From: Torpedo marmorata
Lineage: Eukaryota
Direction of reading: 5' to 3'
Length of the DNA: 64,000 bases
NCBI GenBank assembly: GCA_977017645.1
Contig: OZ360249.1
Coordinates: forward strand, 35,340,001 to 35,404,000
The notes beneath the pieces were generated by a model, which had not been told where the DNA came from, did no database searches, and was given only the letters and a program-made list of their open reading frames with translations. Of this stretch, positions 12,672 to 25,150 are shown one piece after another. Each line of letters starts with the position of its first letter. Positions within the stretch are counted from its first letter, which is position 1. The position numbers were made by a program, and so were the translations under genes.

Positions 12672-13482
12672 CAAGATTCAAGATTATTTTATTGTCATGT
12701 AATAAAAATTGGCTCTAGTCTGCCATAAGATTCACCATCAACAGAAATTGCCCCTTACAGTCAGAGAAAGAGAAGCAAAAGAGAGTCCTCCCAGAGTCAC
12801 TGAGTGTCCATAGATTTGCCTCCAGCACTCCCGCAGCCTACGCAGTCATACAGACCACTCCACACCATTGGCAACCCGAGCTCCTGATCCAAACCTCCGA
12901 CATGATCAGGAAGTCTTCAGCGCCCTTGGCACGCTCTCACATCCTGGGTCTGATATCTGGTACCCCGCTTCATCTAGACTTGAGCCAGTCTCCAGCATTC
13001 CGCAGCCTAGTGTGAATCCTTTGACCGCAGTCGCCAGCAGCCTGCGTGGGTTCCTCGCTTCGAGTCACCAACAGCCCGCTGCCTGTGTGTTCTTCAGCCG
13101 CAGAGCCCCTTACTGGTCCGCCACCATGGTCACCGTCCCATAAGGTCATCTCCTCTGCTTCTCCTTCTCAAATGGAGGGGAGGTAGTCTCCCCATTTTCT
13201 GGTGCCCTGTGCCAGTACTCTGCTTCCCCAGAGTCTGCAACTCCTCGAGGCTGCTGCCGAACACAGGCACCACCATCTTGAGCCCAGACTCCATGATCGC
13301 AGGATTTAAAATAAACCACCGTCCGTTCCTTTAACAGGCCGTTTAAAGCCTGTATGGAGTTGTCGGTAGTTGGACTTGGTGATAGAACCCTGTGGAGGAG
13401 CGCTGTGTCTCCGCTTCCTGCTGTCTGCATGTCCGCACCAGCGGCAGTGCTGCCGATGCAGCAGCTACGGCATGCTGCCATT
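12672..13482 (-). mobile_element. ~800-bp GC-rich non-autonomous retroelement (family D) with (AATCTTG)n tail
   Basis: Colinear with 27225-28060. The minus strand starts AAAATGGCAGCA and ends catgacaataaaa...aatcttgaatcttg. Confidence 0.7.
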
Positions 13483-13739
13483 TTCTTTCAGATTCCCACC
13501 TGTAAATGAGCTGAGTATTTTTGCCTAGGTCAAAGATGGTGTTACCTCGGGCAGATTCAGGTCCAGACCCCATAACTGATGATTAACAATGGCTGGGGAA
13601 AACAGCTGATCATGACTTACGAATTGAAGTCTTTTTTTAAAAGTTTTTTTCAGTCCATGGCTTCTTGAAGCAAATTTAATTGTTTAAATCCTTTGAAGTG
13701 AGATTTCGGAACATTTAGGCAATCTGAGGCTTATGCAGT

Positions 13740-14135
13740 GTGTGGTTTACCTCAGCACACACTGCCAGAGGAGGTGAAGGAATCAGATACAACTACAACA
13801 TTAACCCTTTGAACTCCAGCCATTATTATCCTTTCATAATATATACTCTGGACTGGGTCCATGAGTTAACTACAGTACGAATACCAGTACGAGCTAGCTG
13901 GCAGTTGGGTATAAAACCAGTCCTGGAAAACGGGGACACGGAGTATATGCGCTTGTTGGTAGTCCTTGAAAATAGGGACATGGAGTCCAAAGGGTTAAAC
14001 AGGCATTGAGACAGACTCTTGAATAGGCAAGACAAGGAAGGATATAATGTTAATGTGGACAGCTGTAGATGGGCAAAGAGGCCAGCATGGATGTGATGGG
14101 CTGAAGGGTCTGCTTTCATGTTGTATGACACTCTG
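13740..14135 (+). mobile_element. Decayed CR1 3' end, interrupted by a piggyBac MITE
   Basis: gaggtg..gg..cagatac...aggcatt.agacag...gcatggatgtgatgggctgaagggtctg...tgtatgacact resembles a CR1 3' UTR. Confidence 0.55.
13805..13994. mobile_element. piggyBac-type MITE (190 bp)
   Basis: TTAA|CCCTTTGAACTCCA ... TGGAGTCCAAAGGG|TTAA: 14-bp TIR with 1 mismatch and a TTAA TSD. Subterminal direct repeat agtcct.gaaaa..ggggaca.ggagt x2. Confidence 0.88.
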
Positions 14136-14352
14136 CCTATTTTAACTCGCTTTAAGACCAAATATCAGGCACAGAAGTTCCCAGCCTGAAAGATGCAGAG
14201 TTTGTCAATTATGTCTTTACCTTCTTAAGGCCATGAAGTTTGGAAGGTTGTTCGATTGATTCAATTATTTTACCTGGTGCTGACGTAAGCTTAAAAAAAT
14301 TAATAACAGTCTGTATCTGACTGCTAATTCCTCAAGGAATTTATATTAACCT

Positions 14353-14893
14353 ACATAAGCAACAGATTATCTAAATTCCAAATTCAATTTGTAAAAGTTG
14401 CTCTGTCCGTAGCAAAAAAATGCATCGCAGTTACTTGGAAGTCCGACTCCCCCCTTCTCATCACTCGATGGTCTACGGAAATGTACAGCTGTATCCCCAT
14501 GGAAAAAATTACATATAGTCTTAGAAATAAGTATGATAACTTTGTTAAAGTGTGGCAACCGTACTTGGAGCACATGGGTGCTCAGTTTTAATCAAACCCC
14601 TGAGGTATGGTATACTGTAATGTATAATTATTTTAAGGGTGTGGCATCCCCAAATACTTGGACAAAAGTTGTAAGCGCTGACGGTACGTTTAGTTTTCTT
14701 TTCTTTTTCTTTTTCTTTCTCTTTTGTTTCTGTTTTATTATTTTTGGATGGGGAAGGGAGGGTTAAGGGGTGTAATGTATTCTGTACTTGATACGTTTGA
14801 AATTTGTGTATATTCGTGATTGTTTATTAATGTTTTGTGAAAATTTCTGAAAATGAAAAATAAAATATTTTCTAAAAATAAATAAATAAATAA
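14353..14893 (+). mobile_element. 5'-truncated L1/Tx1-clade LINE 3' end
   Basis: Encodes FVKVALSVAKKCIAVTWKS...CIPMEKITYSLRNKYDNFVKVWQPYL (ORF2 C-terminus), then a T-rich/G-rich 3' UTR and (AAAT)n tail. Imperfect ~19-bp TSD: aaggaatttatattaacct / aaggattgatattaacct. Confidence 0.85.
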
Positions 14894-15659
14894 AAGGATT
14901 GATATTAACCTGTACATCTCAATTATTCCATTACATCCACGCAGCGATCATCAATGCCTCATAAAAAATTTTCTCTTGCGTTCTCGCGTATATTAAGCTA
15001 CCTTCTGATTACTTTATTTATAATTCAGGTTTGTGAAGTCTTTTTTGGGCTTCAAATTAACATCTTCCTTAGTGGTTATTTTAGAGGAGGTAATCATACC
15101 TTAAAGTATGTTCTGCTTTTTCTGAGTTTCAGTTGAGATGTTAACGCCAAAATATGACAGTTGTTACAGACCATTAAAGTTGTCCCCAGTATTTCAATGG
15201 ACAATCACTTCTGACTTTTATGGCTATTTACAGCTTCAACTGAACAATGAATTAGCAGACACTTCATCTCTCAAAATGGTTTCTGTGTGTGTGTAATTGT
15301 CTTTCCCTGTGTCCAGCCCACAAAGTCCCTTTACTAAAATATGTATATATAATTTTAACCTAAAGATTAATAATAGCACAATTCCGTCACAATACCCACC
15401 AGAGAAGTCAAAGTAGACTGAGTCAAATAAGTTCCACAAGGTTGCAACAGAGTTCACCCTTGGAAAAAAAATCTACTCTATTATTTAATTATTAGCAGCA
15501 CAAACATGCCTGTGAGTAATCAGATCGGAGTGCTTTCTACTTCAGGGGACCTTGAATATTAGTACCTAGAAAATAAATTCCATTCTTGGTTGATGCCCTA
15601 AATGCTCATACCTGACCTTAACCAAATCCCATCCCAAAAATAGCAACATTGGTCAAAAG

Positions 15660-16792
15660 ATTGTTAGAGTCTTGCACCCAGAATGGAGTATGGAAGTGGA
15701 CGTTTGTAATTCCAGAAGGGACCTTATCCAATTTAGTACAGCAACAGATACTCCTCAACACATTCACCCCAGTAGAATACCACAACGTAAAGGCACACTA
15801 AAGGTCACATTGCTTCCGTTGTAACAGCACTGATTTATCACAGCTTACAAACAAATAAAGAATATACACACTCGTTTCTTTCAGCTCATCATGAAGTCGA
15901 ATTTATTTTTTTATTATCAAATCACGACCTCCGCATGGAAAATAGAAGGATTGGCTTCTTCCCCTAGTCAACAGGAGCAAATGGAACTAGAACAATGAGT
16001 CCATGGGCAATTGGAACCTCTGGCGTTTTTTCAGCCAAGCTGTCACCGGCTCAGGCAAAGTATAATACGTTTGGTCGAGAACTCTTGCCCATCTATCTCA
16101 CAGTGAAACATTTCCGCTTTTGATTGGAAGGTCGTCCTTTCACCATTTATAGAGTAACTCACCATATAGAGACTCGGGGTCCTCCGGTGGTAGTGCAGGC
16201 TCGTAGAATCGTCTTAAAATCGCGAAATCGGAATTTGAGAATTTCCTACACCCGTTACATTTGGCCAGTTGCAACGTTTTTTAGGCATGATGAATTTTTA
16301 TCACCGATTCCTGCCAAATGCTGCAACATCTCTATTGCCCCTTACTGAACTACTAAAAGGATCTGATAAGTCCGTGTCCAGAAGACCATTAACTTTGGGA
16401 GATGATGCTGTACATGCTTTCAACGATGTGAAGACTGCGCTTGCGAATGTCACGATGCTTGTACATCAAAAGCCCAACGCCTTGCTCTCTCTTACCACAG
16501 ATGCATCTGTCAGTGCTGTGGGAGCAGTGTTAGAACAACGAGGCCGTTGGCCTGCGAATGGTAAGCCGCAGTGCGAATACGGGTAGTGCCCAGAAGATCA
16601 GTGAGAGCTTGGAACAACACCAACTCGAACTGAGATCCTCGATCCGTTGGCGGATCATGCCGACCTCATTACCGTCATATTATGTTGCTGCAGTGAAGAA
16701 AAGAGAGACTCTGGTGGAGAGTGAGGGAGTAGCCTCACTTTACCTAGCTGCATGGTGAAGTGTATCAGGCTGGGAAACATAGCAACGCCACA
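15660..16792 (+). mobile_element. Scrambled Gypsy remnant (RNase H, pre-RT and connection pieces, LTR-like sequence)
   Basis: PLAFFSAKLSPAQAKYNTFGRELL...FLLEGRPFTIY (~16015-16150); VTHHIETRGPPV (~16153-16200); LQRFLGMMNFYHRFLP...LTTDASVSAVGAVLEQ (16269-16540). Confidence 0.75.
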
Positions 16793-17459
16793 ATTAGGAG
16801 CTTTTCAAAGGAACAAAAATGCAAAGTATTCTTTGTTGTCCATATTTAGCTGAGAGTAGTGAGGAGTGGGAGGGAACCCCCCCCCTGCAATGGATCCCTT
16901 AGAACTTGACCATGATGAAGGAGATGATCATGAGTGGAAACCTAATCACTAAAACAGAAACATCCTCTGCAATCTTGCCAGGTATGATCAGTAACAAAGC
17001 TTCATACTGATTATTATATCTCCTTTGACTTAATCAATTGTACACATCCTCAATAATATTTTTATTCCTGCATCATGATACATCAAGTATTACTAGCATA
17101 AAACCATCTTCTATTTTGTCTTTGCAATGTATCAGAATAAGGCCATTCATTTCCACCTCCACAGGAGAAGAAGATACAACAGGAGGAGTCATGAGGGTAG
17201 GGAGAATTAAGAGGATACAATAAGGGAGGGCAGGAATAGCTGGGGGGGGAAGATATTTTGAAATTGAAGTTGTTACTTCACAGCACCATCTCAGAATGAT
17301 GAATGAAAAGATTGGATGAAGGGGATGCTTGCCTCAAGGAGATAGACTAGGCACCAGCAGACTGGTATCACATTATAGGCAAAGTGAATTTGGTGTGGGG
17401 GCCTGCTGAAGAATAGATGTGGAGGAAGAGGAGGAGGAGAATCAATAGATTGCCCCAGA

Positions 17460-17592
17460 GTGAAAACACAATGCTGGAGAAACTCAGCAGTTCAAACAGC
17501 GTACTTTGTATAGCAGAGATAAAGATACATAACCAACATTTCGGGTCTGAGCCCTTCATCAAGGTATGTGAAAAATGTAGGCAGGCGCTGAA
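17460..17592 (+). mobile_element. Penelope-like pseudo-LTR fragment
   Basis: aaaacacaatgctggagaaactcagcag...gatacataaccaacatttcggg.ctgagcccttcatcaagg. Confidence 0.7.
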
Positions 17593-17970
17593 TCTTTTGT
17601 GTTTTAAAGACTTTCGTGTTTTACACCAACTTGCCCCAGAGAATTCTTTCAGGGAATTTTATGACCTGACTGATACAGAGTGATATTGTCAGCAGTTGTT
17701 TGTCCTGCTTGATTGAATGGAGGAGTCACAAGGAGCATGAAGATGTTCATTGTCGTGCTTTTTCAGGAGTTCTTGCAGAGCCAGTTGTGCCTATAGCACA
17801 TGGACCTTTCTGTCCCTCATCAGTACATCCCACGTGGGTTCAGTGTCAATTCTCTCACATTGCATCTTCAAAATTTGACAGCTGCTGGGATGGTACAGAT
17901 AAAGGCCACACATCCTCTGCACTATCTCAGACTGGTCCAGTTAAACTCCTGAACTGAGGTGTAACTTACA

Positions 17971-18272
17971 GGAGATACAGGAGTATCAAAGCCAGCACCA
18001 CCAGGCTGAGGAACAGCTTCTCCCACGGGCAGTGAGAATGCTGAACGACCAAAGAAACTGCTCACACTAAACACCTGAGACTCTCATTTGTACAAAACAA
18101 TATTTTTATTTATTTTCGTAGATATAATACTTGTCCTGCGTATGTATTATTTGTCTGTATGTGTGTTATGTCTGGTTGTGCATCTGCATATTTTTGCACC
18201 GAGGACCGGAGAACGCTATTTCGTCGGGTTGTACTTGTACAATCAGATGACAATAAACTTGACTTGACTTGA
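17971..18272 (+). mobile_element. Rex1/Babar LINE 3' end (family C)
   Basis: RYRSIKASTTRLRNSF motif, 3' UTR and aataaa(cttga)n tail. Confidence 0.85.
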
Positions 18273-19464
18273 ACTTCAAGTTCTAAAGCAATAGTGAATT
18301 GTCACAAGAAGGAGCTTAAGACCTGGTAAGCCAAAAGGCGCCACTCATGAGTAAATCGCTGCTTTCCCTGGATGTCGGTTTGCCCCATGGGCAGTTAGCT
18401 GTTCCCCATGAAGACAGAATGTCAGCAGAAACATGGTCCTTTACTTAACCGTGAGCAGCAGTCTGAGGTTGACATATTTAGGGGAAGTGTCTCTCTCTGG
18501 GGTCATCAAGGATATCTGTGTTGACTATAAGTGTAAGGGAGCAACTATTCAGCAGCCAGGCACATGGGGCTCTGAGGCTGTTCTTACTCCTAAACCCACT
18601 TCATAAGATGCAAAGGGCACTGAGGTATTTCAGAAAATGTGGCAATTTCTAGCTTAATGTGATTTCTATTTATTTTTTATTTTGATCCCTGCTAAGATAA
18701 GTTGATTCCCAGCTCAGAATTCTTCTCCCCTATTGTTCTCTTATTTTAGTGATTCGGTTCAGTTTTGAGGGAAGGAGAGGCAAAGAAATAAAATGGAGGT
18801 TGCATAACGTGATGGAAAATTTGTGAACTGTGCATCTTTCCGAGAAACCCCTGTTATGAAGGGCATTGGGATAGCATTAGATGAGAGAGCTGTTGTGAAA
18901 AGTGATCAATTCCACAGGGAATCATGACATTCCATTAATCAGTTTGAATTGTTGAGAGCTAAGTTTATCTCCATACTACTACTAATTACGAACAATTGTG
19001 TCTTATTGTGCTGCTTGAAATGGTCGATTGGGGCAACGGTGAAATGAACCTCAACTGAAGTCTAAGGATTTTGCATTGCTGAATGATTTTCGAATTGACT
19101 AGCTTGATATGTTATCTTTCAAATTATCGCCCCACCCATTATGCACATTGTTCTCAGCTGCTGTGGCTACAAAGCTGTCCAGCACATGGAAATCTTGCAG
19201 CAGAGTTGAGGATTTGGAACAACGTTTAGACCTGCAGAGAGGAAGATTTGAGGGCATTTTGTGTGGAAGTCGGTCATCTTCAAACTGGGTACTATTCACA
19301 GCAATACAATAGGTTCTGTGGTAAGCCTTTACACTCAGGCAACTTCAATAGAACCCACCAAAAATAAGACCAATAGTGTCAAGAAGGTCAAGGCCAACAG
19401 GTGTATTGGAAGATTATCTTCCACACCTGCATTTCCCATCCCAGTCCCTCACAATCTTTATTTG

Positions 19465-20637
19465 TGTGACGGATGTGTTAAGGTTAATATTAATATTTAA
19501 AGTTAAGTTATAGAATTAGATATCTTAGTAAGGTTAGTTGTGGGCGGGTACAGGGTCACACACAGGTCACAGCACATTTGCAGAAAAAACTATTACTGAG
19601 AGAAAGAAATTGCAGCTGGGAGTCTTTCGGAGTCGACGCATCTATCAAAGACAAAAGCCATAAAACCTGAAGTGGTTGCTTAAAAACATTTAAGTGATTT
19701 AAAAACTGAAGTGGTTTTCAAAAGCCTTATGATAGCAGCTGTTGCAACCTCAAGTGCCATTTGAGCGACATATGCCAGACTATTAGGAGTCTAATCACTT
19801 AAACCTCTTGGAACAGAGATGAGGTCAGATGTAAGTGATTTTGAAGAAAGGCATGAGGTAATGCTTTCTGAAAATGAAACTAAAATTGTGGTGATGTAAT
19901 GTCACATGATGTCAGAAATATATAATGAAAGCAGAGAGACATTTTAGAAGCAGATTGAATCAGACTGGAGAAGGCTCTGACACTTCAGAAAGACGAAGAT
20001 ATGAAGTTTGAAGAACTTTAATATTCTGGAAAGGCAGAATTTAGTCTGAACAGTGATCTCTGAGTGAGGAGGTGCTGTTCTGTGTATTATCCTTATCATA
20101 GGAGATACACCAGGAGTGGCTTTTAAAATAAGTAAGACCACTTTTCAAATTGTTTCTAAGAAAAGAGGACATCAGCGTATGTTACTCCTGATTAAGAAAT
20201 CATTTTGAAGATTACAGTTCCGTAACCCTAACAAGATAGGGGGAACCTTGTGAACATTCGTATGAAGACTATCTCTGAAAGACAACTCATCAAAAGATGT
20301 ATGAGTTTGAAAGAAATTGAATATTCCATTCTTGCTTTATAATAATTTCTGAATCACAATTTAAAGGGATCCTGAAGAAAAACAAAAGAAGTTGAAAACT
20401 GGACTTTGAAAATTGACTTTTTCAGATTTAAGTTTAAGCTGAACTAGTTTGGACTTTAACACACACATTTACATTTGCGCATAGTGGGGTTTAAGTGAGA
20501 GTTAAGTTTAGAGATAAATACCATATGTTATGTTATTAATAGTTTAAATAAAAAACTATTTTTGAATTTACCATTGTTGGTGCATATTCCATTGCTGTTT
20601 CTTTGTTAGTACTAGCAAGGTTTGTTAGTTCGTAACA
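19465..20637 (+). mobile_element. Solo LTR (1173 bp), Gypsy-type
   Basis: Termini TGTGACGGA...TTCGTAACA form a short inverted repeat. Perfect 5-bp TSD ATTTG at 19460-19464 and 20638-20642. AATAAA at ~20547. The 3' part resembles the LTR at 1740-2618 (acacac...atagtggggtt...cattgctg...gtaaca). Confidence 0.85.
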
Positions 20638-20642
20638 ATTTG

Positions 20643-20810
20643 TAATTATATTGCTAAATCCTGGAACCACATCTCCAGCAGCACTGTTGGAGTTTCTTCA
20701 CTGGAAAGACTGCAGCAGTTCAGGAAGATGACCAACTCCCACCTGTTCGAAGCAATTAAGGTTGGGCAGCCAATGCTGGCTTTGCAGGCAATGCCCAAAT
20801 CTAGCCAAAT
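20643..20810 (+). mobile_element. Old L2/CR1-group LINE 3' end (solo-LTR target)
   Basis: aaatcctggaac...agcagcactgt.gg...gactgcagcagttcaggaag...gcaattaagg.tgggca...aatgctggc. Confidence 0.55.
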
Positions 20811-21286
20811 CAGTTAAAAAGTCAGGACTTGATAACAAAACAGCTGATATCATTTTGTCTTTCCAATTCTTGGATTTAATTTTATTCTCTATTTGTACCT
20901 TCCCCAGAGGCACCTCTGACTATTTACTGGCCTTCCCCATGTTCTTCATTTGGCATCACCATTGCTTATTCCATTTGATCTCTCCTGATCTTTACCTTAT
21001 CACTGTCCTCCCCCTTTCTTCCCTCCACTCCACCCAGCTTTCTCTGGAATTTCAAACTTGTTCAGCTTTTAACTTTGTTCAGAGTGATGAAAAGTCATTA
21101 ACGAATGAAACGTGAATTCCGTTCTTCTCTCTGCAGATGCTGCCAGACTGCTGCTATTTCCTGGTTTTATTTCAAATTTCCACCATTTTGAACTTGGGTT
21201 AGAGTTTTGGAAGAGGATCATCCCCAGTTTGAGAATCAACAGTATGATATTATCTCCTAGTTTATCAATTTTTTGTTCAAATAGAA

Positions 21287-21372
21287 CAGTGGTTCTCAAC
21301 CATTTTTCTTTCCACTCACATACCACTTTAAGTAATCCCTTACTAACCACAGAGCACCTATGGCATCCACTG
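21287..21372. mobile_element. Internally deleted hAT MITE (same family as 10879)
   Basis: Left half of the hairpin plus the terminal CCACTG only. Perfect 8-bp TSD AAATAGAA at 21279-21286 and 21373-21380. Confidence 0.88.
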
Positions 21373-21511
21373 AAATAGAACACAGGTGAAAGGAGCCATC
21401 AATGTAATCCAACTAGCCAGAAATAAGAGAATTCAAATATTACAGACTTGAAATTAATGTTGATGAGATCTTGAAGGCTTATAGTTATTAAGGATTCCAG
21501 AGAATTAACAC

Positions 21512-21606
21512 TTCAGATTTCAGATTAGAGATTTATTTTCAGCGTATATACATGACATCACATACAACCCTGAGATTCTTTTTCCTGCATGCGAGGCAGA
21601 ATTACT
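21512..21606 (-). mobile_element. LINE family B 3' tail fragment
   Basis: cagattt(tcagatt)...catgacatcacatacaaccctgagattctt is the reverse complement of the tail at 11880-11950. Confidence 0.75.
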
Positions 21607-22769
21607 TGACTTTACTGTTCCAACTGCTGCATGTGAGTTTCCATTTCAAGCAATGACACAGTAATCCAGTAACGAGGCTGAAGAATTAAGAGACAGTTAA
21701 ACATTTGAAGTTGGGCTACAGAAAACTGACCAACTATTATCTGACCAGAATAGTATTGAATAGTGCACAGAAAATTACTTTACAGGCCAAGCAAAAGTTG
21801 CATTTGATAACTATTATTTTCAGGAACACTTCTGATGACAGGTTTGAGAGCAGGTGCAGCCAAATCTAGATGTCACACCTCAATAAACTTTTTAAATCAA
21901 CAACATTCCTCTCCCTGACAAACTGTAACCACCAAGTATGCTTCTAAATATTTCTGCTCTGCTAATGGTTAATAATTTAATCCAGTAATGCTAGAGCAAA
22001 CTAAGCGCTAGCAGTAGTTTATCAGGTGGCTGCTTTGCCACAGTAGAAAGTGAACAAACAGTATTAATTTTGATAGCAAAGCTGAGGATATTTTTTTCAT
22101 TATAATTAAGGAATGCATATAGAAACTTGGATGAACCTGAATATTTTTTTTAAAGGGGGTTCAATCAATGAATATGAGGGTTATTATCACTGCATACTCT
22201 CAGTGAAGAGCTCGTTGTGGGGAGGCTAGGGAGGAAATCACAGCATTACACCATTCAATCTGATTCCTGAATGCGAACAGAAGAAAATCAAGGTGCCCTT
22301 CACCAGCCAATGTTCACAAGGAGGTTGGAACTCTGATGTTCCGTGGGATTAGTATAGTCAACATGGACTTGGCGGGCTGAGGGCCTTTGCTCTAACACTT
22401 TATGACTCTATATCATTATGGCCAGCCCCGCTACAAAGGGCCTGGAGGATGGAGATAGCTTTATGTTAATCACAATCTATGGATGAAAGGCAAACAGTGA
22501 TGGTGATTGCTGAAAAGGCACAGGTAAACATCGGAATAATGTAGGAATGACCCTGCCCCTTAAGTATGGATCAACCCATATCCCATATGAAAACAATCGT
22601 ATATGAACTATACTTACATTTAATTATATTTATAAGGCAGAAGCAGAGCATTTAGCCCAAGTAGTCCAGGTTATGTTCCACTTAAATCTCTCAATATAAT
22701 AATTTTGTTCTATCAACACATCCTTCAATTCAAACTTTCTTGATAATAATATTTTTTCTTGAATCCAAT

Positions 22770-23068
22770 GGGGTTGAAAACACAAAGCTCCAGATTCAAG
22801 GACATTTTCTTTCTTTCTGTTATCAGACTCTTAAATAGATCTCTCAATGGAAAAGATGATGCCTTTTTACTGTTTTTAACTATACTTTATAACCTGAACT
22901 TTGTTTTTATAACTATATACTCTGCCGTATTTGAATTATTATAACACTACCTGCATTTTTATTTGTTTATTATTGTGCAATCTGCCTGGAATCTCAGGGT
23001 TGTATGTGATGTCATGTATGTACTCTGACAATAAATCTGAAATCTGAATAAATCTGAAATTTGAAATC
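22770..23068 (+). mobile_element. Rex1-like LINE 3' fragments, ending in the family B tail
   Basis: SRFKD.FF.SVIRLLN motif, then gaatctcagggttgtatgtgatgtcatgtatg...aataaatctgaaatctga. Confidence 0.65.
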
Positions 23069-25150
23069 ACTTGGGACACACAATGTTCTTTTGGGAAGAT
23101 TCAACATGCTGCGAAATCACAGAGCAACTATCTTTATATTGTGGGTTGAAGATTTCATAGCTTTGGTCTAATATTGACTGATGGAATGTCTCAAAGCTCC
23201 AGAAAGCCCAGGCAGCTTTTTTTTTAGATTACATCTGACTTGGTCACTTTTGCCTCATGGGCATCCATGAGCAAATTACAGTGGAAACACCGGGAAGTTG
23301 GCAGGAAACATTTAATTATGGTTGCATTGCAAATGGCTGACTCAGACATAGAGTTCTCATCGTAAGAACAAGAGCCAATAGAATCCCAGTAGGCTCCACA
23401 GCCAGCAGATAACACTCATCTTCCATTCACAGAGGAATCACTATACAAAATAGCAGATGGGATATCACCTGCCACATGCAAAGCCCGAGCACAAAGGAGG
23501 AGGAAAGTGGTAACATTCACACATGACATAATGAGTTTAATAACTATACCCAACTGATTATAATATTGTACTGGGTATTAAGTTGTAATTGCTTGGAATA
23601 ATAATAGAGAAAAGGACAAGAATAAGTGTCCTTTCTGATTTATTTCTTGCAGATCTAAATTGATAACTTTAAAAAAATCAGTAACTAGTGTGCTGAGTTT
23701 TGAATCAGTACCTGGTACACTATCTTTCTGAATGCACGGTGGGTTGCTCACTAAGTCCTCACTGGCTTTTCATTATCCTGTTTTGACGCAACTTTGGCAG
23801 CCTCTTCTATGACCCACTTAACTTCCTTTATAAGCCAAAATTACGGAGCATGCAACTGACAGGTTATTTGTGAACTCTCGGAAGATCCCTTTAACATCTT
23901 TTATGATGATTTTAGTTGCTGTGTTAATTTTGTTTCATCAATGCTCATCTTCTGTCTGCCATTACTGAAATTGTTTCATGAGCCTTAACTGCAGATGGTA
24001 GCTTTGGTCTCCCAGAAACTAGACTTTCACTCTTCCTTTTGCTTCAAATACATTTGACACAGATAATTGCCTTTAAATGAAGATATCATAGGAGTTTCCA
24101 AGGAACATGCATTATTCTGCACTGATAGTCGCATACCAATTAGATGCTGAGAGAATAAATCTCTTTCAGTTCATGTAGAGGGACCTGAATGGCAACATCA
24201 GTGAACTCAATGATCCCTGGCTTTACAAAACTAGTAGACCTGTACAATTATGTTCTCCCATAACATTGCTGCTCTTGGTCAGTGATGAAGTCAATGACCC
24301 TGTTGAATAATGCATCATTGACCTCCTTGATACCTCTGTGGACAGCAAACTAGCTGACACTGCAGATGTCCTGAGTATTATGTGGAAGGATTTTGACACA
24401 TAAGAATAGAGCAAGGTGACTTTGAGAGCACTGGCAGCACTGCACAGAAGTTCATTCTTGTCTGGCGGTCTTTGGGAAAAGGATGGCATATGATTTGTGC
24501 AGCCGCCCAGTGAAAATTTTCAACTTTACTTGGTCATGTTACTGTAATTCCCAGGCTGTGGTATCTGGCATGGTAAATGTATTGTGCACTTAGGGGATCT
24601 GATGATAAACCAGGCTTATTGCATGACATTACAAATAATACTTTCCTGACGTTACTGATCAACTCCTACTGATTGCAGTGCCAGTAGAGCATTGCATTCA
24701 TTGACCATGATAATGAATGACTGAGATTTATATAGTGCCCATAATAAGCTTAACACATCCCAAAGCATTATATAGGCAAATAACCGCCATCACCAGCAGG
24801 AGTATTATAGCCAGTTACCCAGTAGAATCCTTCAGCCATCAGCAGTTACAATAGCCAGATCTGCGGATTTTAATGAGGTGAGTTAAAGGGTATCGTTTGG
24901 TAGGACACAGAGAAATCTGCTGCCCTCCTTTGAAATAGTTGCATGGAGTCTGAGGAAGCAGATTCCCTGAATGGCAGGTCCTACTCCATTGTCATTATAC
25001 CAAGATATCTATGATCTATGGCCAGGAATGGGATTTCATCCCACAACCTTCTGACTCTGAAGCATGAAGGCTACAACCTAAGCCACAGCTGATATTACAT
25101 ACATACTCAGTGCTGGCATACAAAATCCAAAATTTAAATTGATGTAAATA

